Positions 1-8,971 of a DNA stretch of 52,981 nt are shown in pieces. The notes below the pieces were generated by a model that worked only from the letters and a program-made list of their open reading frames with translations, searched no databases and had not been told where the DNA came from. Origin of the DNA: a bacterium DOLZORAL124_64_63 (GTDB lineage Bacteria > Krumholzibacteriota > Krumholzibacteriia > LZORAL124-64-63); the NCBI GenBank assembly GCA_002747875.1, contig PDQT01000295.1, positions 1 to 52,981 of the forward strand, in the 5' to 3' direction. Positions within the stretch are counted from its first letter, which is position 1. Each line of letters opens with the position of its first letter. The position numbers were made by a program, and so were the translations under genes.

Positions 1-1200
1 ACCCTCCTTGGGCGTTCCCACCTGAACGGTTCCCTCCTTGGCGTCATCCTCCTGCACCTTCAGATCATCCGCTTCCCCTTCCAGGCGCGCGCGATCCACG
101 TAACAGCCCAGCACCCGCAGGCTGCGCGCGCTCTGGCGCACGGAAGCGATGGCCTCCTTCAGGGCGAGGTCCTCCGCGTTGCCGTCCAGCTCCAGATAAA
201 AGCGCACCTGGTCCAGGCCCTCGCCCGGGCGGCTTTCCATTTTGGCGATGTTGATGCCGCCGTTGCCGAAGGCGGTGACGATTTCCGCCAGCGCCCCGGC
301 GGTGTTGGGCAAATTCACCGTCATGCTGATCTTGGCGGGCAGATGCCTATCCACCGAGACCGCCTGGTTGGCGATGACGGCAAAGCGGGTGGTGTCCTGG
401 CCGGCGGCGGTGATGTTCTCGCGCAGGATCACCAGATCGCACAGCTCGGCGGCGTGACGGCTGGCGATGGCGGCCTGGCTCTTGAGGCCCTCTTCCTTGA
501 CCTTGGTGGCGGCCTCGGCGCTGTCCTGGTGGCTGGCGGTGCGCACCCCGTCCAGGGTGCTCAGGAAAGAGCGGCACTGCTTCAGAACCACGGGATGGCT
601 GTAGACCACCTCCAGGTCTTCCAGCGTGGCGCCGGGCAGGGCGACCAGGCACAGGTCGATGGGTATGATCTCTTCGCCCACGATGCTGCACGGGCTCTTG
701 GCCACCAGATCGATGACCTCGTGGAAGCTGCCGGCCAGGGAATTTTCCAGGGGCAGGATGGCGTAGGTCGCCTGGCCGTTGACCACGGCGTCCAGGGCGT
801 CCTGGTAGGTGGGGCTGCCGGCCATGCGGAAATCGGCATGGCGCAGGGAAAAATACTTGCGGGCGGCCAACCAGCTGAAAGCGCCGCGCGCTCCCTGGTA
901 CCGGACCACCGGGGAAGCGGTCGCCAAGGGAGCCAGAATGCTCTCCTGGGTGTTGCGACCGTAACGGATGATCTGGCGGAAAATCTGGGCCACGAAATGC
1001 TGGCTCAGTTCGCGCTCCTCGCTCTTGGCCAGGATGCGGGTCAGCAGCTCGCGCTCGCGCTGGACGTCCAGGACGGGGCGACCGACGGCGGCCTTGGCCT
1101 CGCCGATCTCGCGAACCACCGCGATACGCTCGGCCAGGGTGTCCAGCAGGCGGGCATCCAGTTCATCCAGTCTCGTGCGGGCGTCTTCGATGTGGCTCAT
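1..1200 (-). CDS. pheA: bifunctional chorismate mutase / prephenate dehydratase (P-protein); C-terminal end runs off the window
   Basis: Absent from the ORF track because there is no stop in the window. My minus-strand translation from the ATG at 1198-1200 reads MSHIEDARTRLDELDARLLDTLAERIAVVREIGEAKAAVGRPVLDVQRERELL (chorismate mutase helices). It continues with YAILPLENSLAGSFHEVIDL and TRFAVIAN (prephenate dehydratase motifs) and NIAKMESRPGEG (ACT domain). The frame stays open to position 1. Confidence 0.85.
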   Translation of the reverse strand, partial: MSHIEDARTRLDELDARLLDTLAERIAVVREIGEAKAAVGRPVLDVQRERELLTRILAKSEERELSQHFVAQIFRQIIRYGRNTQESILAPLATASPVVRYQGARGAFSWLAARKYFSLRHADFRMAGSPTYQDALDAVVNGQATYAILPLENSLAGSFHEVIDLVAKSPCSIVGEEIIPIDLCLVALPGATLEDLEVVYSHPVVLKQCRSFLSTLDGVRTASHQDSAEAATKVKEEGLKSQAAIASRHAAELCDLVILRENITAAGQDTTRFAVIANQAVSVDRHLPAKISMTVNLPNTAGALAEIVTAFGNGGINIAKMESRPGEGLDQVRFYLELDGNAEDLALKEAIASVRQSARSLRVLGCYVDRARLEGEADDLKVQEDDAKEGTVQVGTPKEG

Positions 1201-1224
1201 GGTTGTCCTTGTGGGGTTCAGGTT

Positions 1225-1270
1225 GGCTTGGTTTGGTTTGGCTTGGTTTGGTTTGGCTTGGTTTGGTTGG
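1225..1270. repeat. 15-bp tandem repeat GGCTTGGTTTGGTTT, about 3 copies plus a degenerate tail, just upstream of the pheA start
   Basis: Read directly: ggcttggtttggttt ggcttggtttggttt ggcttggtttggtt ggtttgcttgg. On the pheA-sense strand this is a CA-rich AAACCAAACCAAGCC array ending about 25 nt before the ATG. Confidence 0.9.
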
Positions 1271-1639
1271 TTTGCTTGGACTGTTCGGCTTCTGTTCTCT
1301 TTCGGCCGGGGCGGTGTAGACTCAAGTTTATAGGTGCCGTGAATCAGTCGGCTCCGCTGCCGGCCATGGGAGACTGGGCAAAAAAAGCCAACCTCCTGGA
1401 ATGGGAATAGGGTCGGGTCCGTGAGGATTCGCCCTAAAAAGCAGGAGGCTGACTATGAACATTCTGGCATTGATCTGGGGGCCAAGGCAAGCGTTGTCTG
1501 CTGAGGTGGCCTAGCGGCAATAGGATCAAAGATTTTTTGGGGGATGCGGATCGGGGGGGTCTGCTAAGAATTTTTTGGGCCACGATTGCTGGGGGTTCTG
1601 GGGCTGTTGTGATCTCATGAGGGTCATAGGGGCTATGCT

Positions 1640-2890
1640 GGGGGGACCGGGGGTTTGGGATCTTCAGAGGGTGGATTTTTTGCGTTATCGGATACCCGCC
1701 GGCGGGTAGTTTTGGGTGGGAGGGGAGCTATTGTGTGGGTTTGGGGTGGAAAATAATTGGTTTCCGGGCAATATTTTACTGGCTCTTTTTGGTTTTGTTT
1801 TGTATATTAGGTTTATCACTCCTCCCGCCCACTTTATGCCAGAGATTGCCGAGGTCTGCCATGAGTATTATTGCTGTTGATTCTTTCGTTTCTGATCAGT
1901 CTGCTGCTGAGGTTAGCGCTTGTTTGAAGAAGGCCGTGCGGGCCATGGACCAGGCGCGGCATTGTGCGGTTTTGTGGTTCAAGGAGATAGTGGAGAGGGA
2001 GCTTTATAAGGAACTGGGGTATGGCTCCGTTTATCAGTATGCCGCCGTGGAGTTGGAGTTCTCCAAGACGCGGACGGGGGATTTTCTGCATCTGGCGCGG
2101 AAGCTGGAAAAGCTGCCCCGGTTGAAGAAGGAGATGGAGGAAGGGAAGATCGGCTACACCAAGGCGCGGGAGATCGTGAAGGTGGCTGATGAGGAGAATG
2201 AGGATCGTTGGCTGAATGCAGCCAAGAAGAAGAGCCGTCAGGAACTGCGCGAAACGGTGAAACGAGCGAAGCAGCGGGCCAGGCGGGAACGGGTAAAGAA
2301 TCCGGCCCAAGCCGAATTGTTGGCCGGGCCCCATCCCACCGGAGCGCTCCCCGTGGCCCTCACCCACAAGGTCACCTTCGAATTGACCAGCGAGCAGTTG
2401 GCCCATTTCGAGGCGCTGGTCGAGACCATCGGAAAGCAGAGTGGCGCAGTGGCCGGTTCAAACCGGGCGATCATGCTTCTGGAGGCCATGGCCTCGCTGG
2501 CGGGACGGGCTGATTCAAAAGGCGTGGCTAACCCCAAAGAACCCCACACCCAGATCCACGTCCATCACTGCCCCGGGTGCGAGAAATCCCACATCACCAC
2601 CAGCCGCGGCGAAACCGAACTCACTCCTGCGGAATACGAGAAACTAGCCTGCGACGCCCGCGTCGCCACCGACGACGGTCCCAACAAATCCGCCATCCCG
2701 CCCAGTACCCGCCGGCGGGTACTAGCCCGCGACCAACACCGCTGCCAAGCCCCCGGTTGCCCGCACACCCGCTTCCTGGAAATCCACCACATCATCCCCC
2801 GCCATCAAGGCGGCACCAACGCCGAAGAAAACCTCACGACCCTCTGCAGCGCCTGCCACCAACGGGCCCACGACAAACAAAAACCTGCCC
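1640..2890. repeat. left arm of an approximately 1.25-kb inverted repeat (HNH gene plus about 200 bp of its upstream region); partner at 26091-27340
   Basis: The proteins at 1861-2934 (+) and 26013-27119 (-) are near-identical over about 340 aa. I aligned the upstream non-coding DNA by eye (cccgccggcgggtagttttgggtggg ... ttttactggc.ctttttggttttgttttgtatatt ... atcactcctcccgcccac). Similarity decays outside about 1640 and is lost after aaacc(t/c)gccc near 2890. Boundaries are approximate. Confidence 0.8.
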
Positions 2891-2934
2891 AAGACGAAAA
2901 ACGCCCGGCGGCCCCAAGCCCCAAAGAGCGTTAA
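1861..2934 (+). CDS. HNH endonuclease-domain protein (DUF222/13E12-like architecture), copy 1
   Basis: The C-terminus carries CQAPGCPHTRFLEIHHIIPRHQGGTNAEENLTTLCSACHQRAH (HNH/zinc-finger signature). I chose the ATG at 1861 (MSIIAVDSF...) because the paralog starts at the equivalent Met; the track ORF starts at a GTG at 1735. Confidence 0.8.
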   Translation: MSIIAVDSFVSDQSAAEVSACLKKAVRAMDQARHCAVLWFKEIVERELYKELGYGSVYQYAAVELEFSKTRTGDFLHLARKLEKLPRLKKEMEEGKIGYTKAREIVKVADEENEDRWLNAAKKKSRQELRETVKRAKQRARRERVKNPAQAELLAGPHPTGALPVALTHKVTFELTSEQLAHFEALVETIGKQSGAVAGSNRAIMLLEAMASLAGRADSKGVANPKEPHTQIHVHHCPGCEKSHITTSRGETELTPAEYEKLACDARVATDDGPNKSAIPPSTRRRVLARDQHRCQAPGCPHTRFLEIHHIIPRHQGGTNAEENLTTLCSACHQRAHDKQKPAQDEKRPAAPSPKER

Positions 2935-3011
2935 AGAAGCCGAATAGTTCATGAAGGAACCGCCGGAGTTGGTTACAATCGGTCCGGACCAAGCATTCGG
3001 AAAGGACAGGC

Positions 3012-3860
3012 ATGAATGCCCAGACGGTGACCATTGTCGGAGTGAATGGCGGATTCGGTAGCCTTTTTGCTTCCCGTTTGGCCGGGGCCGGCTGGACCTT
3101 GCACGGGGTGGATCGCGCGCCTGCCGCGCGGCATCCGGAATATCTGGCCAGCTACCATCATCTGCGGCCGGAGGGGCCCAATGATATTGCGGCGGCGGCT
3201 TTTGCCGATTCGCGGGTGTGGCTGCTGTGCACGCCGGAGCGGGGCACCTTTTCCTGGACCGAGCGCCTGCTGCCGGGCATGGCGGAGGGGCGACTGTGCC
3301 TGGATATCCTTTCGGTCAAAGAACCCATCGTCGAGCATGTGGGCCGGATGGGCTTTGCCGGGGAGTACCTCAGTCTGCACCCGATGTTCGCGCCCGGGGT
3401 GGGGTTTGCGGATCAGGCGGTGGCCGTGGTCCCGGTGCGGGAAGGACCCGTGGCCGCGGAGTTCTGTGGATTGCTGGCGGATTGGGGCGCGCGGCTGGTG
3501 AGGCTGGATGCTGAAAACCACGACCGGGCCACGGCCATCCTGCAGGCGGGGGTGCATGCCGCTCTGCTGGCCTTGGCTCGCGCCACCCACGCGGCCACCC
3601 ACGCGGCCACCCGCGACACCACCCACGACACCACCCACGACACCACCGTTAATCGCGATCTGCTGCGAGAACTGGGCACGCCGGTCTCGCGGCCCGTTTT
3701 CGAAGCCATCGACAGGATTTTGCGGGGACAGCCCGAAACCTACCAGGCCATCCAGGATCGGAACCGGTATGCGGAGGGGGTGCGGCGGACCATGGTCCAG
3801 ACCATCGAGGAACTGGTGCAGGGGCAGAATGCGGATCGGCTGTTCCGGCAGCTTCGCTGA
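3012..3860 (+). CDS. tyrA: prephenate dehydrogenase
   Basis: N-terminal Rossmann motif VTIVGVNGGFGSLFA. SLHPMFAPGVG matches the TyrA HPMFGP motif, followed by ENHDRATAILQAGVHA. Contains an in-frame ATHA/TTHD repeat (3582-3647). Confidence 0.7.
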   Translation: MNAQTVTIVGVNGGFGSLFASRLAGAGWTLHGVDRAPAARHPEYLASYHHLRPEGPNDIAAAAFADSRVWLLCTPERGTFSWTERLLPGMAEGRLCLDILSVKEPIVEHVGRMGFAGEYLSLHPMFAPGVGFADQAVAVVPVREGPVAAEFCGLLADWGARLVRLDAENHDRATAILQAGVHAALLALARATHAATHAATRDTTHDTTHDTTVNRDLLRELGTPVSRPVFEAIDRILRGQPETYQAIQDRNRYAEGVRRTMVQTIEELVQGQNADRLFRQLR

Positions 3861-3950
3861 TACAACTTATTTGATTGAATGCGCTTGGGAAATAACGTAG
3901 GATGCGGGCAGGTTGTCTGTTTTATTTTCCCTTCCTTGAAGGAGTTCACA

Positions 3951-5882
3951 ATGCGGTACAAGGATCTTCATCAGCTCTCCGTCGACAATCCCGCTTTTTA
4001 CTGGCGCCGGCGTATGAATTTGATCGACTGGTACGAGGAGCCGAAAAAGGTCCTGACCGAGATGCCCGACGGTTCCGTCCGCTGGTATGCGGGCGGCAAG
4101 CTGAACACCTCTTATCTGGCTCTGGATTACCATGTGGACCACGGGCGTGGCCGGCAGGTGGCCCTTTATTTCGACAGTGCGGCCACCCACACCAAGCGCC
4201 GCTACACCTACCGCGAGCTACGTGATGAGGTGGCCATGTTCGCCGGCGTGCTCAAGGAGCGCGGGGTGCAGAAGGGCGACCGGGTCATCATCTACATGCC
4301 GATGATTCCAGAGGCCGCCATCGCCATGCTGGCCTGCGCGCGGCTGGGGGCCATCCATTCGGTGGTCTTTGGCGGGTTTGCGCCTCACGAACTGGCCGTG
4401 CGCGTGGACGACGCCAAACCCAAGTGCCTGATCACGGCATCCTGCGGCATCGAGTTCAAGAACATCATCAACTACAAGCCTTTGGTGGATGAGGCCCTGG
4501 AGGAGGCGGAGTTCCCGCCGGAAAGCGTGATCGTTTTTCCGCGGCCGCACGCCCAGGCGCACATGGAAGAGGGCCGCGATTACGACTGGCACGAGCTGAT
4601 GCACAAGGCCACGCCCGCCGACCCGGTGCCGGTATCGTCCGAAGATCCTCTCTATATTCTCTACACCAGCGGCACCACGGGCAAACCCAAGGGCGTGGTG
4701 CGGGATAACGGCGGCCATGCCGTCGCTCTGAAGTACAGCATGAAAACGGTGTACAACATCAACCCGGGCGAGGTGTTCTGGGCGGCGTCGGACGTGGGCT
4801 GGGTGGTGGGGCACAGCTACATCGTGTACGGGCCGCTGATCCACGGCTGCACGACGGTGCTCTTCGAGGGCAAGCCGGTGCGCACGCCGGACGCGGGCAC
4901 CTTCTGGCGTGTCATCAGCGACTACAAGGTGAGCGCTTTCTTCACCGCGCCCACGGCCTTCCGCGCCATCAAGAAAGAGGACCCGGATGCTCACCTGCGG
5001 TACCAGTACGACATCAGCAGCCTGCGCACCCTCTACCTGGCGGGCGAGCGTCTGGATCCGCCCACTTTCGATTGGCTGAGCCAGATCCTGGACGTACCCA
5101 TCGTGGATCATTGGTGGCAGACGGAAACGGGCTGGCCCATCGTGGCCAACCCCATGGGCCTGGAGCCGCACCGCGTCAAGAAGGGCAGCGCCAGCTTCCC
5201 CGTGCCGGGCTACAAGGTGGAGATCATCGATGAGGACGCAAGACCGGTGCCGCGTGGCGAGATGGGCAATATCGTCGTCAAGCTGCCCTTGCCTCCGGGC
5301 TGCCTGCCCTCCCTCTGGCATAACGATGAAGGATTCCGGGAAAGCTACCTGGCGCGTTTCCCCGGCTACTACGACACCAGCGATGGGGGCTACATCGACG
5401 AGGACGGCTACGTCTTCATCATGGGCCGCACCGATGACGTGATCAACGTGGCGGGCCATCGCCTGAGCACGGGCGAGATGGAGGAGCTGATCGGCGGGCA
5501 CGAGGCGGTGGCCGAGTGCGCGGTGGTGGGCGTGGACGACCAGTTGAAGGGGCAGCTGCCCATTGGGTTGGTGGTCCTGAAAGACGGGGTGGAGACGGAT
5601 CATGCCGTCCTGGAGAAGGAACTGATTGCGCTGATCCGCAGAGAAGTGGGCGCCGTGGCCAGTTTCAAGAAGGCCATGGTGGTGGCGCGGCTGCCCAAGA
5701 CGCGCTCGGGTAAGATCTTGCGCAAGACCATCCGGCGTCTGGCCTGGGAAGAGCTGATCCTCACGCCGCCGACCATCGAGGATCCGGCCATCATTGCCGA
5801 GATCCGCACCGCCCTGCGTGAGCACCGCGTGGGCCAGTACGCGGACATGGAACTGAAACCGGATGAAGGGGACGGCATTTAG
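3951..5882 (+). CDS. prpE: propionyl-CoA / short-chain acyl-CoA synthetase (AMP-forming, PrpE/Acs family)
   Basis: YTSGTTGKPKGV AMP-binding motif, WQTETGWPI, GRTDDVINVAGHRLSTGEMEE and LPKTRSGKILRKTIR. Collinear by eye with E. coli PrpE as I recall it. A GAAGGAG RBS lies 6-12 nt upstream of the ATG at 3951; the track ORF starts earlier at 3879. Confidence 0.85.
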   Translation: MRYKDLHQLSVDNPAFYWRRRMNLIDWYEEPKKVLTEMPDGSVRWYAGGKLNTSYLALDYHVDHGRGRQVALYFDSAATHTKRRYTYRELRDEVAMFAGVLKERGVQKGDRVIIYMPMIPEAAIAMLACARLGAIHSVVFGGFAPHELAVRVDDAKPKCLITASCGIEFKNIINYKPLVDEALEEAEFPPESVIVFPRPHAQAHMEEGRDYDWHELMHKATPADPVPVSSEDPLYILYTSGTTGKPKGVVRDNGGHAVALKYSMKTVYNINPGEVFWAASDVGWVVGHSYIVYGPLIHGCTTVLFEGKPVRTPDAGTFWRVISDYKVSAFFTAPTAFRAIKKEDPDAHLRYQYDISSLRTLYLAGERLDPPTFDWLSQILDVPIVDHWWQTETGWPIVANPMGLEPHRVKKGSASFPVPGYKVEIIDEDARPVPRGEMGNIVVKLPLPPGCLPSLWHNDEGFRESYLARFPGYYDTSDGGYIDEDGYVFIMGRTDDVINVAGHRLSTGEMEELIGGHEAVAECAVVGVDDQLKGQLPIGLVVLKDGVETDHAVLEKELIALIRREVGAVASFKKAMVVARLPKTRSGKILRKTIRRLAWEELILTPPTIEDPAIIAEIRTALREHRVGQYADMELKPDEGDGI

Positions 5883-5924
5883 AAGAAGCCCGATTAAAAC
5901 CGATTTCACCCGACGGCAAAGGGG

Positions 5925-6455
5925 TCAGGAACCCGAGGCGGAGTCCATTTTCAGGGTTGCCGGGGTCACCCCGCAATCGGGGCAGGCTTCACCGGCCAGG
6001 TAGTTCTCCAGGAACTCGTGGAAGTGCTGCGTGAGCCGGGCGGTGTCCTGGCCGCATTGCATCAGGAACACCAGGTAAGCGTTCAGGCGGGTCAGGGTGT
6101 CCGGCCCCACCACGTGTTCGATTTCACAGGCCTCCTGGTCGGCGGTGGGCGGCGAAACCTTCAGCACATCCACCAAGAACTGCCGCAGGATGCTGAAGCG
6201 TTCCGCCAGTTCTTCCGCCTTGCGCGCGCCCCGCGTGGTCAACCGGACGGGACCGTAGGATTTGTGCAGAAGGTAGCCCTTGGCTTTCAGGGCCCGGATG
6301 GCTTCCGACGCGCTGGGAACCGTCACCTGCATGGATTCGGCAATGTCCTTCATTCGGACCGGGGTCTTTTCGTTGACCTCCGAGCCCTTTCCCGCCAGAT
6401 CGTGGATGGTTTTGAGGTACATTTCCAGTTGCGGCGACAGATCCGTAGCGGCCAT
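5925..6455 (-). CDS. DtxR/MntR-family metal-dependent transcriptional repressor
   Basis: LEMYLKTIHDL ... VRMKDIAESMQVTVPSASEAIRALKAKGYL ... GPVRLTTRGARKAEELAERFSILRQFL is the classic DtxR winged-HTH plus dimerisation pattern. Cys/His-containing C-terminus. Confidence 0.8.
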   Translation of the reverse strand: MAATDLSPQLEMYLKTIHDLAGKGSEVNEKTPVRMKDIAESMQVTVPSASEAIRALKAKGYLLHKSYGPVRLTTRGARKAEELAERFSILRQFLVDVLKVSPPTADQEACEIEHVVGPDTLTRLNAYLVFLMQCGQDTARLTQHFHEFLENYLAGEACPDCGVTPATLKMDSASGS

Positions 6456-6819
6456 GGTCGTTCCTTCAATGCGTTGGAAGATTGCGGGCTATACCGGCGG
6501 CGAATAAAAGAAGAAATCATTCCTTCCTGTTTCGCCGTTCCGCCCAATATTAGTACTTGACCCGGCGAGGGCAATAACATAAATAAGGGATGCCAAACTT
6601 TAATGTTTCCCCTGACGATCCACATGGATGGTTTGCTTCATGGTCTTTGGTATTGCGGATTTGCTGTCGAAACCCTCATCATGCCCTGATGCCGCCCATG
6701 CGGGATCTGATGCCGTTTCGTGGAAAACGCCGACCCCTCGGGCCCATTTTTTTTCCCCTCCCATTAAGACTGGTCTAACAAAAAAAGGAAACACTAATAA
6801 TTCGCGCCCTTGTCGCCGC
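6456..6819. promoter_or_regulatory. divergent intergenic region that must hold the promoters of the DtxR-like gene and the TonB-dependent receptor operon
   Basis: A 364-bp, visibly AT-richer gap between divergent starts (6455 minus, 6820 plus). I could not recognise a convincing operator or riboswitch by eye. Confidence 0.4.
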
Positions 6820-8949
6820 ATGGATCCTGTTCGGCGCGGGGTCGTCGCGGTTCAGAGAAAAGCCGCCATGGCGGTTCTGTTAGGGCTTCTGGTTCTGACG
6901 GGGATGGCGTTGCAGCCTTCTGCCGGCATGGCCGCCACCACGGTGCAGGACTCCTCCCGGGCGACCATGATCGACACTTTGGTCGTTACCGCGGAGCAGG
7001 TGGACCCGTTCCGCAGCAAAACCCGCATCACCAGTGATCGGGACCAGGAGGAGCTGCAACGCTTCATGCCGCTGAATCTGGCGGATGCCTTGGTTTCCAT
7101 TCCCGGTGTCGATGTGCAGAAGACGGGGCCCTGGGCCGCCCGACCCACGGTGCGTGGCCTGTCGGGTAACCGGGTGCTGGTGCTGGTGGACGGGGTGCGG
7201 CTTAATTCCAGCCGGGGGCATGGTGCCCAACCCGGCATCGTGGGCATGGAAGCGGTGGAAAACGTGGAAGTGTCCATGGGCGCGGCCAGCACCGAACACG
7301 GGACCGACGCCATGGGCGGGGTGGTGGATATCGTCACGCGCCGGCCCCTGCTAGCGCCCCTGAACATGGTCGAAGGCACGGTCACGTCCAAGGGCGAAGA
7401 GCCCGGCGGAGCCGTCCTGCTCAGCAGCGTTCTGCGTTACAAGACCCCCCATTTCGGGATCGAGGCCACCGGCGGGCTGTCTCGTCTGAGCGCCCTGGAA
7501 ACGGCCAACGGCAAGGTGGACAACAGCGGCTATCGCCAGGAGAACTACGGGATCCGGGGCGAGGTGGGCTTCGGCGCCATGAACATGGACATCCAGCATA
7601 CCTATGGCGCGGCCAAGGATGTCGGTCTGCCGGCTTTCGCCTCGCCGGCCGGCGGCAGCGCCCTGTATCCCCTGCGGGATCGGCGTCTGACCCGTTACCA
7701 GATCGATGTGCAGGGGGAAGGTTGGCGGCCGTCGTTCTCCTTGATGGGGGCCCATCAGGATTACCTGACGCGCTTCATCGAGACCACCGTCGACAGCACC
7801 TTCCGTCACGACCGTCTTTTCACCATCAACACCAACGTGGACAACCAGGAGATCACCTCCAGCACCAGCACGCTGGAGCCTTCGCTGGTCTTCGAGGGGG
7901 CGGTGCGGGCCCGCATTTTCGGGCAATACCACCACGACGAGACCAAAGGGCCCGGCCACAGCGTGCTGACCCAGAATTTCGTGCGCGCGGGCATTGTCTC
8001 GGTTCAGGAATCCGAAAGCGAGAACGTTCCTCCGTCGTCCCGCAAGGGTTATTCGGGCGGGGTCAGCCTGCTGGTCCCCTGGTCGGTGGCCCAGGTGGAG
8101 GGCGGGATCCGCTACGACAGCTTCCAGACCAAGGCCGATACCACCGCGGTGAGCACCACCCATGTCCAGGACCTGAAAGAACACGCCACCAGTTATTCCC
8201 TGGGCCTGAGCCGGAAATTCACCACGCGGGGCGGCGTGGGCTGGCAGCCCTACCTGTCCTTCAACACCGGGTTCCGCAGCCCCAACCTGGATGAGCGCTA
8301 CTTCAACGGCTTCATCCACGGCGGTCTGTGGGTGTTCGGAAACCAGGACCTGGATCCGGAAATCAGCAGATCCTACGAGGCCGGTTTCCTGGCCACCGAT
8401 CTGTTCGACGGCAAGGTCAAAAGCCTGCGGGCGTCGTTCTATCGCTCCAATGTGGATGATCTGATCACGCTGCGCTACATGGGGCAGCTTTATCTGGTGC
8501 CGCGCTTCCAGTATGTGAACATCAGGAACGCCCGCATCGATGGCATGGAATTGGCGGCCATCCTGAGGTATGGCCCGGCCCGGCTGGACCTAGGGGCCTC
8601 GTTCCCGCACGGCAAGGATCTGGATACGGGAGAACCCATTTCCGATGTGGGGCGCACCAGCCTGAGCGCCAGGATGTCCGTGCCCCTGTCCCGGGGCGGC
8701 CTGCGGCCCACCCTTTCTTTCCGCTTCCGCTGGTTCGACAAGGTGGAGGACATCAACGAGAAGCTGAACACGGACCCGGTCTCCACCGCCTCGGTGGAAC
8801 TGGTGGGCTACTACCGCAGCCTGCGCGGGGCCATCGCCATCAAGAACCTGTTCAACCGTTATTACGCCCAGCAACTGAGCATCATCCCGGAGCCCGGCCG
8901 CACCGTGGCCATCTCCGTGAGATCCGATTTCTACTCGTTCCTTGACTGA
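6820..8949 (+). CDS. TonB-dependent outer-membrane receptor
   Basis: Signal-like MAVLLGLLVLTGMALQPSAGMA. Plug region DTLVVTAE ... LADALVSIPGVDVQKTGPW ... VRGLSGNRVLVLVDGVRLN, followed by a long beta-barrel-type sequence. The start could be 6820 or 6868. Confidence 0.85.
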   Translation: MDPVRRGVVAVQRKAAMAVLLGLLVLTGMALQPSAGMAATTVQDSSRATMIDTLVVTAEQVDPFRSKTRITSDRDQEELQRFMPLNLADALVSIPGVDVQKTGPWAARPTVRGLSGNRVLVLVDGVRLNSSRGHGAQPGIVGMEAVENVEVSMGAASTEHGTDAMGGVVDIVTRRPLLAPLNMVEGTVTSKGEEPGGAVLLSSVLRYKTPHFGIEATGGLSRLSALETANGKVDNSGYRQENYGIRGEVGFGAMNMDIQHTYGAAKDVGLPAFASPAGGSALYPLRDRRLTRYQIDVQGEGWRPSFSLMGAHQDYLTRFIETTVDSTFRHDRLFTINTNVDNQEITSSTSTLEPSLVFEGAVRARIFGQYHHDETKGPGHSVLTQNFVRAGIVSVQESESENVPPSSRKGYSGGVSLLVPWSVAQVEGGIRYDSFQTKADTTAVSTTHVQDLKEHATSYSLGLSRKFTTRGGVGWQPYLSFNTGFRSPNLDERYFNGFIHGGLWVFGNQDLDPEISRSYEAGFLATDLFDGKVKSLRASFYRSNVDDLITLRYMGQLYLVPRFQYVNIRNARIDGMELAAILRYGPARLDLGASFPHGKDLDTGEPISDVGRTSLSARMSVPLSRGGLRPTLSFRFRWFDKVEDINEKLNTDPVSTASVELVGYYRSLRGAIAIKNLFNRYYAQQLSIIPEPGRTVAISVRSDFYSFLD

Positions 8950-8971
8950 CGAGAGACGAAGGAGAACGCCC

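Noticed and set aside
343-1410. 355-aa plus-strand ORF overlapping pheA
   Set aside because: It is an antisense shadow of the well-supported pheA frame. The translation is a Gly/Ala/Leu/Gln-rich low-information sequence with no motifs.
1276-1420. Looked for a Phe-rich attenuator leader peptide upstream of pheA
   Set aside because: The only small ORF (MAGSGAD) has no Phe codons, and no terminator/antiterminator pair was evident.
1411-1700. Scanned this and other intergenic regions (27300-27545, 18575-18966, 44642-45051) for tRNA or other standard RNA genes
   Set aside because: No cloverleaf-compatible sequence or GTTCGA/GTTCAA T-loop context was found. Only a recurring ATTTTTTG word and weak similarity to the other HNH flank were seen.
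4218-5909. 563-aa minus-strand ORF opposite prpE. The same pattern holds for 7351-8319, 9716-10750, 10970-12445, 20916-22085, 23176-25665, 27445-28302, 28720-29796, 30168-31049, 33359-34384, 34642-36312, 37225-38388, 42995-44236 and 44710-45495.
   Set aside because: All overlap strongly supported genes on the other strand and have Arg/Gly/Pro/His-rich translations without motifs.
6456-6819. Looked for a cobalamin riboswitch or DtxR operator upstream of the TonB receptor / CobN-like operon
   Set aside because: I could not find a B12-box-like element or a convincing long palindrome, only short AAAC/GTTT arms around 6590-6605. An Infernal scan would be needed, so no feature is claimed.
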